Assembly: GCA_937973935.1 (NCBI GenBank)
Contig: CALJJF010000124.1
Span: 1 to 35,619, forward strand
From: an uncultured Clostridia bacterium
GTDB taxonomy: Bacteria > Bacillota > Clostridia > Oscillospirales > Acutalibacteraceae
Length of the DNA stretch: 35,619 bases
Reading direction: 5' to 3'
The notes under the pieces are model-generated. The model was given only the letters and a program-made list of their open reading frames with translations, was not told where the DNA came from and did not search any database. The translations under genes were made by a program, and so were the position numbers. Shown here in pieces: positions 17,756 through 26,284 of this stretch (positions are counted from its first letter, which is position 1; every line of letters begins with the position of its first letter).

Positions 17756-18310
17756 TTATAAATCAGTCAGCATATGATATAAATGTCCGACAGTTTTCCA
17801 GTTTCGCACAGTTGCAGACTCAAATGTTTTGGATGTGTGAACCGCTAACTTTGATTTTCGTATGCTTTGATGGCAAAGAAGATATAACTCTCTTTTTCCA
17901 ACCCTTAACATGTCCGGGCTGCCATATTCCATGCGGATGGCATCAAGCCGCGATTGCTCCGGCGGATGATTCAAGAGATAAACATATAGGTGTTCCACTT
18001 GAGGGTCAGCAGTTTCGGCAACAGTTATCTCATCTGGCGAAAAAGGAAGCTGCGCGAGAAGACACTGCATTTCATCAATATTCCTGATTATCGTGCCGCT
18101 TTCAAACCCGAACCGTTTGGCAAAACCGTCGTGAATCTTATTTTGTAAAGCTGTTTCGGTAAAGTCGGATTCCAAAACCGCATTTCCACTTTGAATATAG
18201 GTTTGAACGTTTTTCAATTCCAGGTCAAGCAGCAATTGCTTCAAGTCGTTCCTCTTAACAATATTTTTACCGCCAACATTAATTCCCCGAAATAACACTA
18301 CATATTTCAT
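17756..18310 (-). CDS. DUF1697-family protein
   Basis: MKYVVLFRGINVGGKNIVKRNDLKQLL is the hallmark DUF1697 N-terminus. RBS AGAGGTG lies 6 nt before the ATG at 18310. The track start at 18319 is a GTG inside the RBS. Confidence 0.8.
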   Translation of the reverse strand: MKYVVLFRGINVGGKNIVKRNDLKQLLLDLELKNVQTYIQSGNAVLESDFTETALQNKIHDGFAKRFGFESGTIIRNIDEMQCLLAQLPFSPDEITVAETADPQVEHLYVYLLNHPPEQSRLDAIRMEYGSPDMLRVGKRELYLLCHQSIRKSKLAVHTSKTFESATVRNWKTVGHLYHMLTDL

Positions 18311-18409
18311 TTGCTTCACCTCTTTCTATCTCAATACAGACCTCGAAAAGAATCCAATCCCATGGACTGATTTCCTCTAACAAAAAAATCGCACTATATT
18401 TTGTATCAA

Positions 18410-18817
18410 CTAAATTGTCTTAAATTTATAATATCCCCACCACTCGGGAACAAGTTCGATTAACCTTACAGTCTTTCTTGTTTCATAGTCCAGTAAAAAC
18501 TCTATATCCTTGCTGTCTTTGTCCAACTGCATCATATATTCACGGCAAACACAGCAAGGAGGACCTACTTGACCATTGGGCATTATAGCGAGAACTTTAT
18601 CAATTTGACTTTCACCGTTGGTAATCATGTTTGCTATTGCGTTTCTCTCCGCACACATGCCCAAAGATGAATCGGTATCAATACAAACCCCGACATATAT
18701 GTTTCCTTTTTTCGTTAGTATAGCGGCAGAAACTCCGCCAGCATCTATAAACGGAGAAATCTCTCTGCTGTTATGCACTTTTTTTGCCTCATCAAATAAC
18801 TTCTCCCAGATATCCAT
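18410..18817 (-). CDS. Small cytidine-deaminase-fold zinc enzyme (CDA / blasticidin-S-deaminase-like)
   Basis: The zinc ligand motifs are MCAERNAI (C/H-A-E) and PPCCVCREYM (PCxxC). The 135-aa size fits the tetrameric CDA/BSD class. Confidence 0.78.
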   Translation of the reverse strand: MDIWEKLFDEAKKVHNSREISPFIDAGGVSAAILTKKGNIYVGVCIDTDSSLGMCAERNAIANMITNGESQIDKVLAIMPNGQVGPPCCVCREYMMQLDKDSKDIEFLLDYETRKTVRLIELVPEWWGYYKFKTI

Positions 18818-18926
18818 ACGTCTATATCCTTTCTATTTGCATTTATCATTCCTTGACATCAAGACAACCGTCTCAACATGGAACGATAGCATCAGATTGA
18901 TGTCTGGTATGTGTTTTTGGTTTTAT

Positions 18927-19030
18927 CCGTTCGTGGGAATATGTCCATAGCGATTTTTAGGGGCGTTCCCGTTCGTGGAAACATATCAACATTATATTGC
19001 ATCTCTTGTCCGTTCTCGGGAACATGTCGA
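18927..19030. repeat. Three phased direct repeats of about 21 bp
   Basis: CCGTTCGTGGGAATATGTCCA at 18927, CCGTTCGTGGAAACATATCAA at 18969 and CCGTTCTCGGGAACATGTCGA at 19010. The spacing is 42 and 41 bp. Each unit carries a GTTC-N4-GAA(C/T)-like core. Confidence 0.75.
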
Positions 19031-19083
19031 TAATTCGCACATTTATTGCTGCCATTCAATTATCCACCCAATTCTCGTATTGC

Positions 19084-20478
19084 TTAATCTTCATTATCTA
19101 CATCTGCCGTTTGCGGTTTCGGTAAATAGTAATACTTACCTTCCTTAATGATAAGTTCCACATCTTCAGCATAGACATCCCTCGGCTGTTCCGTTTTTCC
19201 AATTATGTGGTTGGCTTGAGAGGCTATCTCTTGGGCTATAGCTTTCTTGATAGCTTTATAATTGTGCTTTTCGTCTATCCAACCCAACGGAATCGAAATA
19301 ACAGCTTTAATACCTGTCTTTGCAACCCGTTCCTTACTCAAATCAATCCTTAACGCATCGACCTGCTTGCTGTGCCATTCGCTTAGAAGTGTTCGGGTTT
19401 GCTCCGACATCTCTGTGTATTTATTGTAAAGAGCGTAGCTTTGTTCAGTTGATATAGTGCATTTCCCCAATAAATACGTTAGCTTGCTGATTTCTTCAAG
19501 AACTGCCGCTAACACATTTTGAAACCCTACTAAGGTTTTTAACTCCTCAACTACGGACTCGTATTCTTTATAGTCGGGGTTGGGGTTCTTTTTCGTAATG
19601 TCAGTTATCGTAATATTCACTTGACCCAAGAGTTCGGTGGCGGTAGCCTTTATACCCTCTAAGGCAGAAAGTTTAAGTTTTCGCTGACTGTCGTCCTCCA
19701 ATATCTCTGTGCTAAACTGAGAAATCTCGCTGACGAGGGTTATCACGGACAGGATTCGGCTCTTAAACTCTCTATCTTGAAAGTCACTGATTTTACTGAT
19801 GCTTTTCGTCAATGCTTCTAACTTAGAATCGATTAAGGACATATAGTATTGACCGACAACCAGAGAGGCAACATTCATCACATTGGCCGCCACGTTTGCT
19901 ACCTTGGCTGTTTTCGCAATATTTGCTGGAACAACTTCACTCGCTTTCTGTGCCGTCACAGGGACAAGATTTGCTTGACCTTTTATTCCTTTTGCACCGT
20001 GAAAAATAGCCCGCTTTGCACCTTCCATTGCTTGGGAATCAGTAAGTTTGGCACCGGCAGGAATAACAGCCCTATAAATATTTCCAGATTGCAGTGCTTG
20101 GTTAGTCTTCTGTATCGCGACGTTTGCAGCTTTTGCGGTTTGTTGCAACGCAGCGTTCGTGGCATTGGAGGTCAGTGTTCTGTTTGCTATTTCGGCAACA
20201 GCAGGAAGCGTCTGTGATATGCGGGCAACTACCGAGCAGTCTTTGATTTCGACCAGACTGTTTTCATCAATCTGCGTTGTGGTAGGTAGGAGTTCAATTG
20301 GTATAGATAATTCTCCAACATGCTTTCCCGTAGCTGCCAACATATCGGTTGGCGTAGCTCGCTCTGTGCTTTCAGCATTGCAAAGAACAGAGCTTGTCCT
20401 TTTTCGCAAGAAAACAACCACAACCGCGATTGCGGTTATGGCAATTACCACTAATGCTATCGGCAATATGTATTCCAT
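19084..20478 (-). CDS. Membrane-anchored coiled-coil protein (unknown family); last gene of the defence-like operon
   Basis: The 464-aa ORF has RBS AGGAG 9 nt upstream. N-terminal TM helix YILPIALVVIAITAIAVVVVFL. An Ala/Asn/Val-rich segment includes a second hydrophobic stretch, VANVAANVMNVASLVVGQYYM. A long helical C-terminal region follows. Confidence 0.7.
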   Translation of the reverse strand: MEYILPIALVVIAITAIAVVVVFLRKRTSSVLCNAESTERATPTDMLAATGKHVGELSIPIELLPTTTQIDENSLVEIKDCSVVARISQTLPAVAEIANRTLTSNATNAALQQTAKAANVAIQKTNQALQSGNIYRAVIPAGAKLTDSQAMEGAKRAIFHGAKGIKGQANLVPVTAQKASEVVPANIAKTAKVANVAANVMNVASLVVGQYYMSLIDSKLEALTKSISKISDFQDREFKSRILSVITLVSEISQFSTEILEDDSQRKLKLSALEGIKATATELLGQVNITITDITKKNPNPDYKEYESVVEELKTLVGFQNVLAAVLEEISKLTYLLGKCTISTEQSYALYNKYTEMSEQTRTLLSEWHSKQVDALRIDLSKERVAKTGIKAVISIPLGWIDEKHNYKAIKKAIAQEIASQANHIIGKTEQPRDVYAEDVELIIKEGKYYYLPKPQTADVDNED

Positions 20479-20631
20479 CGCATATTACTCCTGTCTTTAG
20501 GTCTTAAATTTCGGCTTAATCAGGTCATAACTTCATAACCGTCCACGCACCTGCGTCCGCTATATCGTAAAATGGGTAATCCTCGTAAGCAGCGGGGATT
20601 GTAAGGCAGAGATCGATGAGGTCTTGTCGGG

Positions 20632-23600
20632 TCATACATTTTCGTCCTCCACTCCAATTTGACAACGTACTGTGTAGTTGTCTCCCGTGATGCTAAATTT
20701 CGAATTGCAAAAACGATCTTCGCCATCGGCATAATTAAACAAATCTGAGAGCCGATAGATTTTACGTTCGTCCTCGCTCATTACAGCGGTCACTAAAACG
20801 ACCTCATATTGTTGCGGATGTGCTTCTGCAAAGTTCAATTCATTTTCTGTAATTACAAATGTAATTCCCGTCCCCGCAGCGGACTTAATTTCAACATAAA
20901 TGGTTTCGCCGTTTTCGTTGGAATACTTGAGGTCGTAACCCAAACCGCCGATACCATCAGGATTGATTCCTTCTTTTTTTGCGTTTTCCGAAACCCATAC
21001 AACATTCTTGAAGGTTGATTTCATTTCTTCATATACGAGTTTTTCAGCAAAGGCTCCCCAATCTGAAATATTACGTTCTCGCTTCATTCCAGCCATGCGG
21101 CTTCCATTACGTGCTGTGTGACCTGTGTTATTGGCAGAGTTGTTTGGCGGAGCAACAACGTTAACCGATATTATCGGTACGGATGCTACGGAAGCTGTGT
21201 TTAAGATTCTTGCTTCTTGCGCTTGTGCATTGTCAATGTCAGTCTTTCTGGCATTATAGGCCTTGTTCAACTCTTCAAGATTACCAAAGTACAATAAACT
21301 CTCCAACTCTGAATCAACGAGCATATCATTTACAATTGACATTTCCTTATCTTGCACAAAGATTTCTTTATTCGCTTTCCATGCCATGTTTGCGTCCTCG
21401 TCAGACTCTGACGAAATCACGCTCCCAAACTGTTGTGTAAACTCAGCTTCCCAATCGTAATTGATGCTATTTGGAGGGTTGAAAGGGAATGCCTTGTATT
21501 TATCCAATTGCTTTAAGAATGTGCGCTGCACGCTAACAGGTTCGTTTTTAAGCATTGCAAACAATCCGTTTTTATATGAATTACTTTCGTCATTTGCCCG
21601 TTTTTGTAAACACTCAAGATAAAAAGGAGTCAAGTCTACGATGGCCTCGGATTTTTCATTGAAATCATCGACATCAACTTTTAAGCCGCGTAAGACATTA
21701 ATAAGTGACACTGCATTTGCCGTTGAGTTAAAATCAGCAAAATTTATAGAGTCAATGTCAGGTTCAATTGATGCAGTGCTGTCCTCACCGGCAATAAGGA
21801 TGCAAGCCGAAAGAAACATTTCTTTTTCGGATTGTGTACGATTGAGGATATCACGAGACCTTTCGAGAATGCTTAAATCATCATAATCGTGTATTATTAA
21901 AGCGTTCCGATTGTGCGGTTCCTTCTCATATAAGGAGCGTACATACCCAAAAAGAGTGTCGTCCTGAATATCAATAGCCGTCATAAAAAGTTCAGCAATT
22001 GCGGAACAGAAATCAACATTACTTTTTAGCTGTTTCAAACTTCCACCATTTCTTGGAGCCTGAACATAAACACAGTTTCTACCCCTGATATATGAACTGT
22101 CAGCTAGTACAACCTCGCCTTTGCCGTAGTCGGCTTTTATGTAGGTACACAAACGAACCTTCAACGCCTTCACGGTAGAGATTTCACTTTGCTTTGCAGT
22201 ATCGACACGCGAGCAAAAAGCATAACAAATGAAATCGTTAAAATCTTGTTCAAAGGCAATGCTCTCTGGGTGAATGCCTGGCTCTCCGATTACAGACCCC
22301 TTGACCTTTAATGGTGACACTCCAAAATATCTCTTGATATTTTCTTGGCTTTGCCTGCTTGGTATGGCAATCAAGTTAAAGTCCTTTAGTATTTCACGAC
22401 TTACCGTCTTTTCATTGAGATAGTGAACATCCTTTATTGCCAAATATGTTTTTGAGGATTTACAATACACATTTCCACTTTGTAAAAACTCGCGACATTT
22501 TGCGTTGTTAGGATCGAAGTTCCTCAGACCGCCTGACTTCAAAATAGATGTATAAAGAGCCTTGCTTATCTCGCCACCTTCATCAGCTACAGGCAATGCC
22601 AATAACAATGAATATAGCGTTCCTGTATCTAAGTCTGAATAGTCTGATGCAACACCTATCTGCTCCAAAATATCCTGAACGGCATTTGCTTCTGCGATTC
22701 TGCGGTTATAATTATCGATGAATAAGTCCAAATTAGGCGCGACAACTATAGGAGCAAATAATGTGCCAATTTTACTCACAAACAAACATTGCTTCGGAGA
22801 ATATCGGACACCCTCAACCTCTATCCAATTGCTTGTTGCAAAGGTAAAACGAAGGTGCGAAGCTAACTGCTCGCCGCTGATAGCTCTAAATTTTTGTTGA
22901 TACAAATTATCGACGTAAGCACGGCTTGTGCTTGGCTCATAATCAGATAGCAATTGTCGGAGATTCTCGTCATGTCGAATCCAATCAATTATGCTTTTGG
23001 TATTTGCTTTCTCAAGAATTTCATCAAGACGTTCAACCGTAGCAATTTCTACGTATCTGAGAGATGCACTGCGAAATTCCTGTTCGTTATGATAACGGTT
23101 GTCCTCTGCGAGCAGCGGGTATTTTTTTATACTTGTATATATGAGTTCTCTATAAGCTTCTGGAATTGGACGAATTGTCATTTTAGTTTTTCGCGGGAAC
23201 TGGGCAACGCCTAACGCCAACAAAAATTCTCTATACTGCTGTTTTGTCAATTCGGTTAAGGCTATTCGCTTGGGTATTGAAACAAAAAGGCTATCGTTGC
23301 TATCAAACAAATTTTCAGTTACTTCATTATCGAACTCTTGCCCGAAATATAATTCGTTTGCGTTTTTCGCTTCGCCTTTGCGATTTATCAATGGAATCGT
23401 CGTTAATGCAGACATTTCGTTTTTCAAAACGTTTGCTTTCCATAGCTTCCATAACCACTCGACAGTGTCTTCATAGCACCCTCTAGTTTTCTTGCTCGTT
23501 TGGTGTGCACGGCTTCTTAAGCGAGATATGACCGCGTTAATAATGTTTCCAAGGTTATATTCACGAACATTGAATTTCGAGAGCTCAATGGCAAGGCCTC

Positions 23601-25221
23601 TCAATGTGCTTTCTTTCCCCTGCAAGTCGCGCAAAGCACTCACGAGGTCTTTATTCATGAAAACGATTTTCGTAAAATCAGGTGGAGACGAAAAGTCAAC
23701 ATTTTCTGCTGGTAAGAATACTTGTTGACCATCGGTTACAGCATTGCCGCTACTATCTAATACAAAATGCGGCTTATTCTCTGAGGAAATCTCGTTACGG
23801 TACTCATTGATAAATGTAAGCCATAAAGCTGCCCTCTCTCGGATTTGAAGAGTCGGTAAAATAGAATTGATTCCCGTCGTTATATCACTGTATTGATACC
23901 GCATACCTACTTTTCTATGCTTTGCAATGGATTTAATCATGGTTCTTATCGCAGTATTATCCGTTGGAGGCATTAGTGACGAGAATGCATCTCCACTTAA
24001 AAAATCCGCAATATCACTATCATAGAATCGTGGTTTTTCAGCAAATTTAATATATTTGTTGCCCACCGTAGGAAAAACATTGCTCGCAGCAACTGCTTCC
24101 AGATAATAGTCTTTGATAACGAAGTCGTCCCAACTCAAGTCAATTGGGAAATCCCCTACCGTTGATAGCAAGGCGAGCGGGGCGTAATTAACGCTTTCAG
24201 TGGTTGTTATCAAGGCAAGATCAACAAGCGTATCACAAATAACTTTGAGTATGTGTTTATTAGCCTCTGTTTCATCGAGGTGGTTTCTGTCTGCATTTAA
24301 GTCAAACGTTGCATGAACGAGAGCATGGACAGGAAATTGTACCTTTGTCTTGAAATAGCTGTATAAAACGTCCGGAACAACAGACATATCCTCTTTGTAG
24401 GCGACCATCACGCCATATTTTTGTTTCTCAAAACTGCCCTCTCGGGATAGGATAGACCAATTGTCGGTTTCAACGGTTTCGCCATTTCTGTTTGTCGTAA
24501 TATGTATATCGATAATACCATTTTCACGTTCCGAAGGGGTCTTTTTATAAACAAAAAAATCTCCACTATATTCTATCGTCAGCTTCTCCAGCTTCTCTAA
24601 AAACAGAAGGGTTTTTGAATTGATTTGTTGTAGCTGACCAATAACTTTTTCAACAACATCAGATTTCAATTCGACCTCGATTACTGTGTCATATTCTTTA
24701 TTATTCAAGGGCGAAATTAATCGAGGAGCAACAAGTGTCGCAATCTGCACATCATCATGTGTTTTACAAAACTCAGCAACATCATCATTTTCAAGCAATT
24801 CAACCAGCGTTGCACGAGCATAGATTTCGGAAAATTCAACGGACAAATCACCACTATAAATGCGGACACGGTCTGCCCAGTTTAGTATGGAACGAAAACC
24901 AGTACCTTTGTTGCCGATATATTCATTTTTGTTATGCTTCGGGCTGAGATTTGAATACATCAATGAAATAAAACCTTCAAAAGAGAATACGCTTCCGTTA
25001 TTGCTTATTGTCAGTATATTACCTTTCAAAACAATAGAAACAGAGCGGTCATCTGTACCGCCGAGTTCGTCGACTGCGTTTTGAAGCAGTTCTAATAGTT
25101 CCCGACCATGATAACCGCGAATTTCAGCCGTTTCTTTTCTGTAATCCGATAATATAAGGTTAGGGTCAAGAATATAACCTTTTTTCCTAATCTCTATTTG
25201 ACGTGCCACTTTATCGTTCAT
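20632..25221 (-). CDS. Giant NO-VEIN-like protein: N-terminal GHKL (Bergerat-fold, sacsin/MORC-like) ATPase, long unassigned middle, C-terminal DUF3883/NOV_C nuclease-fold domain
   Basis: The 1529-aa ORF has RBS GGAGAA. The N-box is ELLELLQNAVDE at residues 41-52, and the G2-like box is IGNKGTGFRSIL. The C-terminus reads AEKLVYEEMKSTFKNVVWVSE...GLGYDLKYS...IYVEIKS...FVITENELNFAE...YEVVLV, which matches the DUF3883 pattern GYDI.S...IEVK...S.nE...A...Y.ly.V. Confidence 0.8.
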   Translation of the reverse strand: MNDKVARQIEIRKKGYILDPNLILSDYRKETAEIRGYHGRELLELLQNAVDELGGTDDRSVSIVLKGNILTISNNGSVFSFEGFISLMYSNLSPKHNKNEYIGNKGTGFRSILNWADRVRIYSGDLSVEFSEIYARATLVELLENDDVAEFCKTHDDVQIATLVAPRLISPLNNKEYDTVIEVELKSDVVEKVIGQLQQINSKTLLFLEKLEKLTIEYSGDFFVYKKTPSERENGIIDIHITTNRNGETVETDNWSILSREGSFEKQKYGVMVAYKEDMSVVPDVLYSYFKTKVQFPVHALVHATFDLNADRNHLDETEANKHILKVICDTLVDLALITTTESVNYAPLALLSTVGDFPIDLSWDDFVIKDYYLEAVAASNVFPTVGNKYIKFAEKPRFYDSDIADFLSGDAFSSLMPPTDNTAIRTMIKSIAKHRKVGMRYQYSDITTGINSILPTLQIRERAALWLTFINEYRNEISSENKPHFVLDSSGNAVTDGQQVFLPAENVDFSSPPDFTKIVFMNKDLVSALRDLQGKESTLRGLAIELSKFNVREYNLGNIINAVISRLRSRAHQTSKKTRGCYEDTVEWLWKLWKANVLKNEMSALTTIPLINRKGEAKNANELYFGQEFDNEVTENLFDSNDSLFVSIPKRIALTELTKQQYREFLLALGVAQFPRKTKMTIRPIPEAYRELIYTSIKKYPLLAEDNRYHNEQEFRSASLRYVEIATVERLDEILEKANTKSIIDWIRHDENLRQLLSDYEPSTSRAYVDNLYQQKFRAISGEQLASHLRFTFATSNWIEVEGVRYSPKQCLFVSKIGTLFAPIVVAPNLDLFIDNYNRRIAEANAVQDILEQIGVASDYSDLDTGTLYSLLLALPVADEGGEISKALYTSILKSGGLRNFDPNNAKCREFLQSGNVYCKSSKTYLAIKDVHYLNEKTVSREILKDFNLIAIPSRQSQENIKRYFGVSPLKVKGSVIGEPGIHPESIAFEQDFNDFICYAFCSRVDTAKQSEISTVKALKVRLCTYIKADYGKGEVVLADSSYIRGRNCVYVQAPRNGGSLKQLKSNVDFCSAIAELFMTAIDIQDDTLFGYVRSLYEKEPHNRNALIIHDYDDLSILERSRDILNRTQSEKEMFLSACILIAGEDSTASIEPDIDSINFADFNSTANAVSLINVLRGLKVDVDDFNEKSEAIVDLTPFYLECLQKRANDESNSYKNGLFAMLKNEPVSVQRTFLKQLDKYKAFPFNPPNSINYDWEAEFTQQFGSVISSESDEDANMAWKANKEIFVQDKEMSIVNDMLVDSELESLLYFGNLEELNKAYNARKTDIDNAQAQEARILNTASVASVPIISVNVVAPPNNSANNTGHTARNGSRMAGMKRERNISDWGAFAEKLVYEEMKSTFKNVVWVSENAKKEGINPDGIGGLGYDLKYSNENGETIYVEIKSAAGTGITFVITENELNFAEAHPQQYEVVLVTAVMSEDERKIYRLSDLFNYADGEDRFCNSKFSITGDNYTVRCQIGVEDENV

Positions 25222-25336
25222 TTATACGTTCTCCAAACCCCTTTTTTCCCTATAATGTGCTAAAAACTCATCACTCACAATAATTGAAGTTCATTCGTCG
25301 TTAGATGATTTCTCCTATAAAAATTATTTCGTATAC

Positions 25337-26284
25337 TTATTCCCCGGCAGGCAAGACAAAATATGAGGTAGGTTGCATAAGCCATCCATCCGACTCAATT
25401 ACAGACTTTGCCGGATTTCGGATTACAGTTGGGCTGTAGTCGGGTTGGTTAAGGCTGTCGGCATTAACCAAGTAAAGGTAGTATTTATCTCCATACAACG
25501 TAGCTACTTCAATTTCATTCTTAGACCAGTAAAAGTGTGGCTGCCCGGTATAGGATTTAACTTCGATGAACCGGTCGTACTCAGAGGATGCCTCTCCTTC
25601 AAACGAAACTATGTCGAAACCAGCCGAAACGTCAATATCAGATATCCTTTTTATCTTTTGGACTATCGGACTGCTCGCAAGACGTGTCGTTTCATATTTC
25701 AGCACATACTCCTCGGCGGCTTCACCTTGCTGTTCTTGCTGTTCCATTTGCTTTTTCAAGGCTTCGAGAGAAAGCTTTCGCTTTGTGCTTTTTCGTACCT
25801 TGGCGAAAAGAGACTCGTAATGTTCACTAAGCTCCAATGAACCGTCTTGTCGTTCTGATAGGGCGTGAAGTTGTATAAGAACATTTCTGAAAACAGCGGC
25901 GGCAATTGGAAAGCCGTGCTTCTGAATATGGTACCTTTCTTTTAAAACGTCAAACCGCAGAGCGTTAGTATCAAGGATTGTATCTGCTATGATTTTATTA
26001 AGGCAAGCCATACATAGCATTTCTTCAAATCCACCGCCAAGCAGGGAGTACAATTTTTTGCCCTCATCTGTTGGTATTAGTGAATTTTCAGAAACACTAA
26101 TAAAGCCCAAGTATTCAAAAAAGGTTACCGCACCGCTAAAGTTAATTCGCATATCGTTCACAAATGAACATATCTGCCGTGCCGATTCCCTCTTGATTTC
26201 GTCACCTTTGAGGATGGTACTGGCAAAGTGCAGAATTCCCTGCGAATCACCTATTGTATTAATCCGCCTTAGTTCTTCTTGCAT
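25337..26284 (-). CDS. DUF3883/NOV_C-domain protein with an unassigned N-terminal half
   Basis: The 315-aa ORF has the C-terminus GEAAEEYVLKYETTRL...SAGFDIVSFEG...RFIEVKSYTG...FYWSKNEIEVATLYGDKYYLYLV. Its start overlaps the 3' end of the SNF2 gene by 26 nt. Confidence 0.72.
   Translation of the reverse strand: MQEELRRINTIGDSQGILHFASTILKGDEIKRESARQICSFVNDMRINFSGAVTFFEYLGFISVSENSLIPTDEGKKLYSLLGGGFEEMLCMACLNKIIADTILDTNALRFDVLKERYHIQKHGFPIAAAVFRNVLIQLHALSERQDGSLELSEHYESLFAKVRKSTKRKLSLEALKKQMEQQEQQGEAAEEYVLKYETTRLASSPIVQKIKRISDIDVSAGFDIVSFEGEASSEYDRFIEVKSYTGQPHFYWSKNEIEVATLYGDKYYLYLVNADSLNQPDYSPTVIRNPAKSVIESDGWLMQPTSYFVLPAGE

Noticed and set aside
18927-19030. CRISPR array (also considered for the repeats at 34491..34601)
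   Set aside because: There are only two or three imperfect units, the repeat and spacer sizes are not CRISPR-like, and no cas genes are present in the window.
20520-20732. 70-aa minus-strand ORF spanning the giant gene's stop and the downstream gap
   Set aside because: It overlaps the 3' end of the 1529-aa gene out of frame. The product is Arg/Pro-rich and there is no RBS.
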